A DNA stretch of 24,179 bases, from contig CAYREP010000002.1 of the NCBI GenBank assembly GCA_964423375.1, positions 1-24,179 of the forward strand, in the 5' to 3' direction. This stretch comes from Candidatus Woesearchaeota archaeon (GTDB taxonomy: Archaea > Nanobdellota > Nanobdellia > Pacearchaeales > GW2011-AR1). Position numbers and translations under genes: made by a program. The notes under the pieces were generated by a model. That model was not told the DNA's origin. It worked only from the letters and a program-made list of their open reading frames with translations, and did no database searches. Shown piece by piece: positions 16,420 through 23,738 of the stretch. Position 1 is the stretch's first letter. Each line of letters opens with the position of its first letter.

Positions 16420-17621
16420 TCTCCAAAGAACTCGCCAAATATTCGCTGAACAATCTTTACAAAAAGAAAAGCAGAAGCGCCCTTACCATAATTTCGATTC
16501 TCGTGGGAATAGCAACGATTTTCATTTTCATAAGTTTTGGGTTGGGACTATATCAATATATAAATAATTTTGTCACCAGTGGCACTGCAGACAAGATTAC
16601 GATTCAGGCGAAAGGCAGCGGCCTGACGGGAAGCAGTGCTTTCGGATTAAGTGAAGATGATCTAAAGGCGGTAAAAAAGACTTCAGGAGTTTATGACGCT
16701 ATGGGTTATTATATCAAGACTGCGGAAGTCCAAAGCAGAGACAAAAAAGTTTATGTTTTCGTCGGAGGAGCGGATCCCGCGAAAAATTATCTTGTAGATG
16801 AATTGTCCGGCTTGAAACTGGATAAAGGAAGGGAACTTGAATCCAGAGAGACAGGCAAAGCGTTACTTGGATATAACTATGAACTTGACAATAAAATTTT
16901 TCCAAGAGGGCTGAAGATAAACGACGTTATAAAGATTCAAGGACAAAAAGTCAAGATAGTGGGATTTTATCAAGAAGTTGGAAATCCTTCTGACGATTCC
17001 AATATTTATGTGACAGATGATTTTTTCAAAGAGCTGTTTCCAAACACAACAAATTATTACATGATAATTGCGAAAGGAGATACAAAAAATCTTACCAGAG
17101 TTGTAGACAATATAGATAAAAGCCTTTTAAGAGAGAGAAATCTTAAGGCCGGGCAGGAAGACTTTTCTGTAACTTCTTTTGACCAGCTTTTGGGTTCTTA
17201 TTCTTCTGCTTTAAATGTGGTCATAGGATTCATAATACTTATAGCATTGATTTCTGTTATAGTTTCTGCAATTAATACTTCCAATACGATGATTACTTCG
17301 GTACTTGAAAGGATGAAAGAGATTGGGGTGATAAAATCTATTGGAGCAAGGAATTCAGAAGTTCTTTCTATCTTCCTGTTTGAGTCGGGGGTACTTGGTC
17401 TTGTTGCAGGAATCCTAGGCGTTATCCTCGGCTTCGGTTTAACTGGACTTGCGGGCTACATTCTCAAAGAACTTGGATGGGGCTTCCTCCAGCCAGCTTA
17501 TTCTATTTGGTTATTCGTAGGATGCATTGCTTTCGCCACTGTAACAGGAGCGGTCTCAGGAGTCATACCCGCAATAAACGCTTCAAGAATCAAGCCTGTC
17601 GACGCATTGAGATATGAATAA
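16416..17621 (+). CDS. FtsX/MacB-type ABC permease with large extracytoplasmic domain (subunit 2)
   Basis: 401 aa. Same architecture as subunit 1 but a clearly different sequence (ERMKEIGVIKSIGAR). ATGA overlap with the preceding permease gene. Confidence 0.88.
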   Translation: MISKELAKYSLNNLYKKKSRSALTIISILVGIATIFIFISFGLGLYQYINNFVTSGTADKITIQAKGSGLTGSSAFGLSEDDLKAVKKTSGVYDAMGYYIKTAEVQSRDKKVYVFVGGADPAKNYLVDELSGLKLDKGRELESRETGKALLGYNYELDNKIFPRGLKINDVIKIQGQKVKIVGFYQEVGNPSDDSNIYVTDDFFKELFPNTTNYYMIIAKGDTKNLTRVVDNIDKSLLRERNLKAGQEDFSVTSFDQLLGSYSSALNVVIGFIILIALISVIVSAINTSNTMITSVLERMKEIGVIKSIGARNSEVLSIFLFESGVLGLVAGILGVILGFGLTGLAGYILKELGWGFLQPAYSIWLFVGCIAFATVTGAVSGVIPAINASRIKPVDALRYE

Positions 17622-17730
17622 TCTCTACGGTCTGATTACTAAAACAAACAAGAAACACCCTCATCCCGGAAAACTTCTAAAGAGCGAATTGATAAAAATT
17701 CAGAATTTTAGTAAATTTCCCAAGGATTAT

Positions 17731-18597
17731 TTATTCCCTCAACAACTTTTTCTTCTTGTTTTTCTTGTATCTTCGGTAAAAGATATAACCTACAACAGCA
17801 ACAATAACTATTGCCAGAATTATATATCCCGTCGCCGAACCTGAAGAAGCAGTCGTCTTCTGGCCTTCAAACTGGGCAGGATCAAAAGACACCGTTTTAT
17901 TCACGCTTCTCCTTATTCCCACCGCATCGTTATAATAAATAGTCATGTCTAACTTTCCTGTTCCGGGGGTTATTTCAAAATCCGCAGTAGTATAATCGTT
18001 TGAGTCTAAAGAACCGACCACATTCACATTGGGACCTTTAACCGTAAAGTTTTCCTGAGGGGGGATTTTTATCGCCAATGCATTGACATCATTCTTTCCG
18101 ATGTTCAAAATTTCCAAAGTCATTGTATTCGTCGTGAAATCATAATCTTTTACAAAAACGTCAAAATCGGTCCGGGTATTGTTGACCATCAGATTGAACT
18201 GCTTTGTTAAGGAAGAATTGCTCAGAGTGGAAGAAGTATACTTAACTGTTATCGGATTATTTCCGTCCACGGCTTCCGGGTCCACTCTTACCTTAAAGGG
18301 CACGACCAAGTTAGGGCTATAATCTATTCCGGTGTATGTTCCACCTTTGACAACAACGGTAGAGCTTGTTCCCGGATCAAAAGAAATTGGATAATTGGGC
18401 ACGAGTTCAAAAGAAACGTCTTTACAATCAAGACTTTGCAAACCTGTTACCTGAAATACCAACTTGACATAATCTCCAGGCACGGCAGGATAAGGATCCT
18501 GGCTTAAAAGTTGGGTGTTCAGGTCGCATGCCGCGCTCGCAAGACCTGCAAACATAAAAGCCGCGACAACAAAAACAATCAACATCCCTCTTTTCAT
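17731..18597 (-). CDS. Secreted surface protein with Ig-like/CARDB-type (COG1361-like) repeats and a C-terminal TM anchor
   Basis: 288 aa from ATG 18597. Signal-like N-terminus MKRGMLIVFVVAAFMFAGLASA. A beta-rich, Thr/Asn/Val-rich body. C-terminal TM GYIILAIVIVAVVGYIF followed by a basic tail RRYKKNKKKK. Confidence 0.7.
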   Translation of the reverse strand: MKRGMLIVFVVAAFMFAGLASAACDLNTQLLSQDPYPAVPGDYVKLVFQVTGLQSLDCKDVSFELVPNYPISFDPGTSSTVVVKGGTYTGIDYSPNLVVPFKVRVDPEAVDGNNPITVKYTSSTLSNSSLTKQFNLMVNNTRTDFDVFVKDYDFTTNTMTLEILNIGKNDVNALAIKIPPQENFTVKGPNVNVVGSLDSNDYTTADFEITPGTGKLDMTIYYNDAVGIRRSVNKTVSFDPAQFEGQKTTASSGSATGYIILAIVIVAVVGYIFYRRYKKNKKKKLLRE

Positions 18598-18671
18598 GCA
18601 ATGAAATAACAAATAGTCTTTTAAAATCTTTCTGAATTTCTCCGGATCACTCTGCATGCCTCAACAAATCA

Positions 18672-18681
18672 TTTTATAAAA
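18672..18681 (+). promoter_or_regulatory. TATA-like box upstream of the tRNA locus
   Basis: TTTTATAAAA centred about 27 nt upstream of position 18704. That position is the start of the upstream tRNA-5'-end look-alike, not of the tRNA body at 18788. Confidence 0.4.
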
Positions 18682-18703
18682 TGTCCAAAATTATTTAGTT
18701 CAT

Positions 18704-18787
18704 GCCCGGATGGCGCATGGGTTTCTTTTAACAAAAGAAACTACACTGGCAGAAAAATTGAAATGGGCGCCATCTTTAAGGCATTAA
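18704..18787 (+). other. Structured 84-nt element preceding tRNA-Ser; begins with a near copy of the tRNA 5' end
   Basis: 18704-18714 GCCCGGATGGC is identical to tRNA positions 18788-18798. There is a perfect 9-bp hairpin GTTTCTTTT-aac-AAAAGAAAC (18721-18741). It is enclosed by an 8-bp helix GATGGCGC (18709-18716) / GCGCCATC (18767-18774). Confidence 0.4.
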
Positions 18788-18912
18788 GCCCGGATGGCAC
18801 AATGGTACTGCACTCGCCTCGAGCAAAGGCAAGCTTTCCTCACATCCGCAGAGAGCTCCGAATGAGAGAGCGAGGTCCTTCGGACTTCCCGGTTCGATTC
18901 CGGGTCCGGGCG
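18788..18912 (+). tRNA. Class II tRNA, most likely tRNA-Ser(CGA), with an intron of about 45 nt in the anticodon loop
   Basis: Hand-folded structure. Acceptor GCCCGGA / TCCGGGC with discriminator G. 3-bp D stem GCA/TGC. Anticodon stem CTCGC / GCGAG separated by 52 nt, with loop start CTCGAG (anticodon CGA if the intron sits at 37/38). Long variable arm GTCC-ttc-GGAC. T arm CCCGG-TTCGATT-CCGGG. Confidence 0.8.
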
Positions 18913-18956
18913 TCCAACAAACTTAAAAATTGGAAAGTATTCTAAGTTAAAAGAGG

Positions 18957-19655
18957 ATGAGAAAAACAAAAATAATTGCGACAATCGGTCCTGCCAGCTT
19001 GAAGAGTGAGGACCTTGAAAGGATGTATCGCGCGGGCATGAATATAGTTCGAATCAATACAAAATACGGTAGTTTCAGACAATATGAAAAAATCCTTTCT
19101 GTTGTAAAAAATTTCAAGAATTGCCAGGTGATGTTTGACATTAACAACACCGAGAAAATAGAATGGATCAAGGAACAGGATTTCGATTATGTCGCGGTTT
19201 CTTACGCTTCAGGAAAAGATCAAATAAAGAAAATCAGAAAACTTTTTCTTCCTAAGAAAGTCAAGATTATTTCGAAGATCGAAACCGCTAAAGGTTTGAA
19301 AAATGTGGAAGGCATCATAGACGAGAGCGATGGGGTCATGGTTGCGCGGGGAGATTTGGGAAAAAATATTTCTTTCGAGAAGGTTCCGATAGCGCAGAAA
19401 AAAATCATTCGGGAGTGCAACGCGAAAAAGAAATTTGTCATAACCGCTACTGAAATGCTTCTTTCCATGACAAAAAGAAAAAAGCCGGAGCGAGCGGAAG
19501 CGAGCGACATTGCGAATGCGATAATCGATGGATCTAATGCCGTGATGCTCTCGGAGGAAACTGCGACAGGAAAATATCCCGTTCTGGTGATAAAGACCAT
19601 GGAAAAAATAATAGATTATACCGAAAAAAACTTGAAGAAGATAAAAAGAAAATAA
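18957..19655 (+). CDS. Minimal pyruvate-kinase-like protein (A-domain TIM barrel only; B and C domains absent)
   Basis: 232 aa. PK blocks KTKIIATIGPAS, VRINTKYG, SKIETAKG, MVARGDLG, VITATEML, ERAEASDIANAI, MLSEETATGKYP. The segment where the B domain normally sits is reduced to DINNTEK. The protein ends right after the barrel. TAATG overlap with the next gene. Confidence 0.8.
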   Translation: MRKTKIIATIGPASLKSEDLERMYRAGMNIVRINTKYGSFRQYEKILSVVKNFKNCQVMFDINNTEKIEWIKEQDFDYVAVSYASGKDQIKKIRKLFLPKKVKIISKIETAKGLKNVEGIIDESDGVMVARGDLGKNISFEKVPIAQKKIIRECNAKKKFVITATEMLLSMTKRKKPERAEASDIANAIIDGSNAVMLSEETATGKYPVLVIKTMEKIIDYTEKNLKKIKRK

Positions 19656-20821
19656 TGGGAGAAAGTTATTCCGAGAAAACCGGTTCAAGAAATGCTAAAC
19701 TTTTAGGATTTTCAAGTTTTTTCAATGACATAGGAAGCAATGCTATAAGCGCAATACTTCCTTTTTACATAATCGCCTTAGGCGGCGGAGGAATCGCTCT
19801 TGGCCTTATGAGCGGTTTGCGCGATGGAATTTCAAGCCTGTTCAACATGCTTGGCGGTTGGATTTCTGACAAAGTCGGAAAGAGAAAACCTTTCGTTTTT
19901 TCGGGATACCTCGTTTCTGACATTTTCAAGTTTCTTCTTTTCATTTCAGGTTCATGGGGACAAGCAGTTGTTTTTGATTCCGCTTCGAGAATCGGAAAGT
20001 TTCGCGATTCTCCAAGAGACGCAATCATCGCGAAGTCAAAAAAGGCGAGGGGAAAAAAGTTTGGCATCCAACAGACGCTTGACAGCGCCGGAGCCTTAAT
20101 CGGGACGATATTGGCGCTGATACTTTTTTGGAAACTTGCATTTAGCTTCAAGACGATAATCCTGATTTCCGCGTGTCTTGCTCTCGTTTCGCTTTTTACA
20201 GTTTCTCTCGTCAGAGATTACAAAACGAGAAAATCTGAGGCGACAAAAAAGTCGGGGAATAATAACAAAATCTTGAGCAGGAAACTGAAATATTTTACGT
20301 TGGTGGCTTCAGTTTTTATTTTCGGGAACTTTGGACTTTATATGTTTCTTGAACTTCGCGCGAAAGAGATAACCGGTTCAATTGTGGCGCCTTTGATTTT
20401 ATTTGTGCTTTTCAATTTGACTTATTCGGCGTTTCCGATTCTGTTCGGAAAACTCTCGGATAAAATAGGAAGGAAAAAAGTTTTATTGTTCGGATATGGA
20501 TTGTTCTTTGCAATTTCTCTCTGTTTAATATTCGCAACCAACATAATCTTTCTTGGAATCTTGTTTGTTTTATACGGGGTCGTGATGGCCGTAACCGACT
20601 CGGGGCAAAGAGCAGTTGTCTCGGATCTTGCAGGCAGTTCCGGAAAGGGAACAGCATTCGGATTTTATTATTTTGCGACGGGAATCATGGCGGTTGCAGG
20701 AGGATTGATTGCAGGGTTTTTGTGGGACGCGCACTATACTGCCATGTTCGCTTTCATTTCCGCATTTTCATTTGTTTCTGTAATCATGCTTCTCTTTTTC
20801 AGGGAAAAAGTTAAAAAGTGA
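19655..20821 (+). CDS. MFS transporter
   Basis: 388 aa with about 12 hydrophobic segments. MFS loop motif GGWISDKVGKRKP, repeated in the second half as FGKLSDKIGRKK. Confidence 0.85.
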   Translation: MGESYSEKTGSRNAKLLGFSSFFNDIGSNAISAILPFYIIALGGGGIALGLMSGLRDGISSLFNMLGGWISDKVGKRKPFVFSGYLVSDIFKFLLFISGSWGQAVVFDSASRIGKFRDSPRDAIIAKSKKARGKKFGIQQTLDSAGALIGTILALILFWKLAFSFKTIILISACLALVSLFTVSLVRDYKTRKSEATKKSGNNNKILSRKLKYFTLVASVFIFGNFGLYMFLELRAKEITGSIVAPLILFVLFNLTYSAFPILFGKLSDKIGRKKVLLFGYGLFFAISLCLIFATNIIFLGILFVLYGVVMAVTDSGQRAVVSDLAGSSGKGTAFGFYYFATGIMAVAGGLIAGFLWDAHYTAMFAFISAFSFVSVIMLLFFREKVKK

Positions 20822-21072
20822 ATAAATGGAGAATCTGTATGGAAGAAGATTTCATTTTATATCTGATTTCCGATTATGCTAAAAATGTTAATTGGGATTT
20901 CCCTGAAGAAAGACTTGGTCTCGGAGATAAATTACTTCTGGAGAAAACAGTCCGAAAACAATATTACTCTTTCTCTGATACTGGAGCCGGCTGGCAAAAT
21001 GCAGGATTTGCCCAGGCTGTTAGAACTGAAATGAAAAAGTACGGATTCAAACCAAGGGAGATGCGAACTTAG
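20818..21072 (+). CDS. Hypothetical small protein
   Basis: 84 aa from GTG 20818 (GTGA overlap with the MFS stop), or 77 aa from ATG 20839. No recognisable motif. Supported only by ORF length and gene packing. Confidence 0.4.
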   Translation: MNKWRICMEEDFILYLISDYAKNVNWDFPEERLGLGDKLLLEKTVRKQYYSFSDTGAGWQNAGFAQAVRTEMKKYGFKPREMRT

Positions 21073-21216
21073 CCGTTAACCTCGGATATTATTTCAATTA
21101 ATCTTGAAAAAGAGGTGATCTTTGGCGAGCGAAGCGAGCTAATTACAAAACTTAACACGAGCATCATTTAAAAAAATACTTAAACTCGAAATGATAATTA
21201 AAATGGAGATAAAAAA

Positions 21217-21453
21217 ATGACGGTAAAAGTTTATTCGACTCCAAGCTGCCCTTGGTGCCATAAAGCCAAGGAATTTTTCAAGGAGAACAACGTAGCTTTC
21301 GATGACGTTGATGTTTCAGAAGATGTCGCGGCAGCTCAGGAGATGGTCCAAAAGTCCGGCCAGATGGGAGTTCCTGTTATCGATTTCAACGGAGAGATCA
21401 TTGTGGGTTTCGATGTTCAGAGATTGACGGAGCTTATGAAAAAGGCGGCTTGA
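21217..21453 (+). CDS. Glutaredoxin-like small redoxin (CPWC, YruB/NrdH-like)
   Basis: 78 aa. KVYSTPSCPWCHKAKEFF active site and GVPVIDFNGEIIVGFD thioredoxin-fold block. GGAG lies 9 nt upstream of the ATG. Confidence 0.85.
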   Translation: MTVKVYSTPSCPWCHKAKEFFKENNVAFDDVDVSEDVAAAQEMVQKSGQMGVPVIDFNGEIIVGFDVQRLTELMKKAA

Positions 21454-21458
21454 TTAAA

Positions 21459-22433
21459 ATGGAAAAATCTGAAAAAGAAAAGGGAAATTTGAATTTTGAT
21501 TTTATTGTTCTTGGTGCAGGAGGAACCGGTTTAGCTGCGGCCATGTACGCTGCAAGACTTGGCTTGAAGACTCTTGTTCTTGGATCCAGCAATGGCTCTG
21601 AATTGCCTGTTGGCGGAGTCATAACCACGACGGACAATGTTGAAAACTATCCCGGATTTCCAAAGATCTCCGGAATGGAACTTGCGAAAAAGCTTGAAGA
21701 ACATGCCAGAGAGTATGATCTTGTTGATATAAAGCAGGAATTGGCGGAAAAAGTTGAAAAGAAAAAAAATTGTTTTTTGGTTCAGACAAAGAAAGGAACA
21801 TATCAGGGAAAATCCTTGCTTTTTGCTACGGGAACCAAATGGAGAAAACTTGAAGTTCCGGGCTCCGCCGAATTTGAAAGGAAAGGGGTTAATTATTGCG
21901 CTTTGTGCGATGGGCCTTTGTTTCGCGATAAAGTTGTTGCGATTGTCGGAGGTTCGGACAGCGCCGTCAAGGACGCTCTGGTTCTTTCTAAATACGCAAA
22001 GAAAGTCTATGTTATCGCCAGGAATGAATTGAGGGCGGAGCCGATCAATTTCGAGAAAATAAAAAGCGATAAGAAAGCCGAGATTTTAACCAAGACAAAT
22101 GTCAAAGAGATAAAAGGAGATTCTGTTGTTCGCAGCATTGTTTTGGACAAGCCTTACAAAGATCAAAAAGAATTGAAAGTCGACGGAGTCTTTGTTGCGA
22201 TAGGACACATTCCGCTCTCGGATTTGGCTAAACCTTTGGGCGTTGAGATAGATGATCATGGCGAGATAAAAATCGATCATAAAACTTCCGAGACAAATGT
22301 CAAGGGAATTTTCGCCGCAGGCGATGTTACAGACAAGGGATTCAAACAGCTAATCACGGGAGTGGGAGACGGTTGCACTGCGGCTTACTATGCTTATGAA
22401 TATGTAACGAAGAATCAGGTTGTTTCCTGTTAA
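21459..22433 (+). CDS. trxB: Low-molecular-weight thioredoxin reductase
   Basis: 324 aa from ATG 21459 (track start 21450 is TTG). FAD motif GAGGTGLAAAMYAAR, redox-active CALCDG, second dinucleotide motif GGSDSAVKDA, C-terminal FAAGDV. Confidence 0.88.
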   Translation: MEKSEKEKGNLNFDFIVLGAGGTGLAAAMYAARLGLKTLVLGSSNGSELPVGGVITTTDNVENYPGFPKISGMELAKKLEEHAREYDLVDIKQELAEKVEKKKNCFLVQTKKGTYQGKSLLFATGTKWRKLEVPGSAEFERKGVNYCALCDGPLFRDKVVAIVGGSDSAVKDALVLSKYAKKVYVIARNELRAEPINFEKIKSDKKAEILTKTNVKEIKGDSVVRSIVLDKPYKDQKELKVDGVFVAIGHIPLSDLAKPLGVEIDDHGEIKIDHKTSETNVKGIFAAGDVTDKGFKQLITGVGDGCTAAYYAYEYVTKNQVVSC

Positions 22434-22454
22434 TCGGAATAAATTTTTTTGAGA

Positions 22455-23051
22455 TTATTCTCTGAACTTTCCTTCCACCGCAATTTCGCTGATGCTTTTC
22501 CTTCCATTCGGAACTTCTCCGGCCTGCATTTGCTCCGGAAGCTTTTCCCTGTTTCCTGGCTTTCCAATGGCGGCCATGGCTTCAACAGAATAACTCTCCG
22601 GAATTTCTAGGTCATTTCTAGCCTTTTCGTAATCGAATCCGGACATTCCATGAACGACTAATCCCGAAAGGGTTCCCTGCAACGCAAGATTTTCCCACGC
22701 CGCTCCGGTGTCAAAAGAATGTGTGATCGAAGGCTTGCCGTCGTGTTCAAAATTTTTTCTTGAAATTATAACTATCAGCGCCCCCGCATTTTTCGTCCAC
22801 TCTTTGTTGAAATCTCCCATGAGGTTGAAGAAAATTTCCCATTCAGGAGTTCCTTTCATCGCATACAGGAATCTCCATGGCTGGCTGTTGTATGCCGAAG
22901 GAGCCCATTTTGCAGCTTCAAGCAAACTCATAAGCTCTTCTTTGCTTATCTGCTCTCCGGACATTGCTCTTGGAGAATGCCTTTTAAGAAAAATTTCTCC
23001 AACAGGAGATTCGGGTTTTCTTCCATTGATTTCCTTGTTTGTGATTTCCAT
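22455..23051 (-). CDS. Nitroreductase-family flavoprotein
   Basis: 198 aa. RHSPRAM and SAYNSQPWRF blocks typical of the nitroreductase fold. Divergent from an HxlR-type regulator. Confidence 0.85.
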   Translation of the reverse strand: MEITNKEINGRKPESPVGEIFLKRHSPRAMSGEQISKEELMSLLEAAKWAPSAYNSQPWRFLYAMKGTPEWEIFFNLMGDFNKEWTKNAGALIVIISRKNFEHDGKPSITHSFDTGAAWENLALQGTLSGLVVHGMSGFDYEKARNDLEIPESYSVEAMAAIGKPGNREKLPEQMQAGEVPNGRKSISEIAVEGKFRE

Positions 23052-23122
23052 TTGCTATCTTTTTTGAAGTTGCTTTACTAAATAAAGTTATATTTATAAA
23101 CTTTGCTGGAGTCGGGTAAAGC

Positions 23123-23425
23123 ATGAAAGAATGTCCTGCTCTTAGGATAATGAAGCTTCTCGGAGAGAAATGGGTAATTGTAATTATAGGGGAATTGAGC
23201 GAAAAAGGCCGAAGGTTTAATGAACTTAACAGGAACATAAAGATATCTTCGCGAACGCTTTCGAAAAGGCTTAAAGAACTTGAAAAGCTGAAGATAGTGA
23301 AGAAACAGTTTTACAAAGAGATTCCTCCGCGCGTCGAATATTCTTTGACAGATGCCGGAAGGGATTTAATGAAAAGTTTCAAAAATCTTGACGAGTGGAT
23401 AAAGAAGTGGAACATTAAAATTTAG
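23123..23425 (+). CDS. HxlR-family winged-helix transcriptional regulator
   Basis: 100 aa. CPALRIMKLLGEKWVIVIIGEL...RFNEL...ISSRTLSKRLKELE...PPRVEYSLTDAG matches the HxlR pattern. Confidence 0.85.
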   Translation: MKECPALRIMKLLGEKWVIVIIGELSEKGRRFNELNRNIKISSRTLSKRLKELEKLKIVKKQFYKEIPPRVEYSLTDAGRDLMKSFKNLDEWIKKWNIKI

Positions 23426-23433
23426 TTTCTAAA

Positions 23434-23697
23434 ATGGCCAAACTTACAAATGTGAAAACCGGAAAAAGCGAAGAAATAAAGGAAGGCGAGCCGATTCGCG
23501 AGACGATTGAACGGCTCGGAGTTCCGTTCGGATGCGAGGAAGGAATCTGTGGGACATGCATGATAGAGGTTATGGAAGGCGAAGACAATCTTTCTGAACT
23601 TACTGAAGCTGAAAAAGATTTGATGAGGGACAAAAAACATCGGCTGGCATGCCAATGCAAAATCAAGAGCGGCGAAGTGAAATTCGAGATGAGCTAA
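23434..23697 (+). CDS. 2Fe-2S ferredoxin (C-x4-C-x2-C ... C type)
   Basis: 87 aa. GCEEGICGTC plus a distal LACQC. Starts 9 nt after the HxlR stop. Confidence 0.8.
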   Translation: MAKLTNVKTGKSEEIKEGEPIRETIERLGVPFGCEEGICGTCMIEVMEGEDNLSELTEAEKDLMRDKKHRLACQCKIKSGEVKFEMS

Positions 23698-23738
23698 ACA
23701 ATCAAAAATAATTTAAATGGATGAAAATCTTTTTTAAG

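Noticed and set aside
17614-17844. 76-aa plus-strand ORF after the second permease gene
   Set aside because: Its second half is antisense to the 3' end of the surface-protein gene. It has no motif, and there is no promoter or SD in front of it.
18704-18787. Possibility that the upstream tRNA-like copy is a second complete tRNA or a split-tRNA 5' half
   Set aside because: I could not fold an anticodon arm or T arm from 18704-18787. The only matching 3' acceptor strand (TCCGGGC) is the one at 18905-18911, already used by the tRNA body. I kept it as an unexplained leader rather than calling a gene.
18763-18984. 60-aa (+) and 66-aa (-) ORFs
   Set aside because: They overlap the tRNA-Ser gene and its leader. 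The tRNA cloverleaf explains this sequence better.
19209-19688. 159-aa and 126-aa minus-strand ORFs
   Set aside because: They are antisense to the pyruvate-kinase-like gene, whose own frame carries unmistakable PK motifs. The shadow translations have no motif.
23052-23122. Short inverted repeats (CTTTA-n5-TAAAG; AAGTT ... AACTT) in the nitroreductase/HxlR divergent spacer as an HxlR operator
   Set aside because: The arms are only 5 nt long in very AT-rich DNA and overlap TATA-like sequence. That is too weak to call without binding data.
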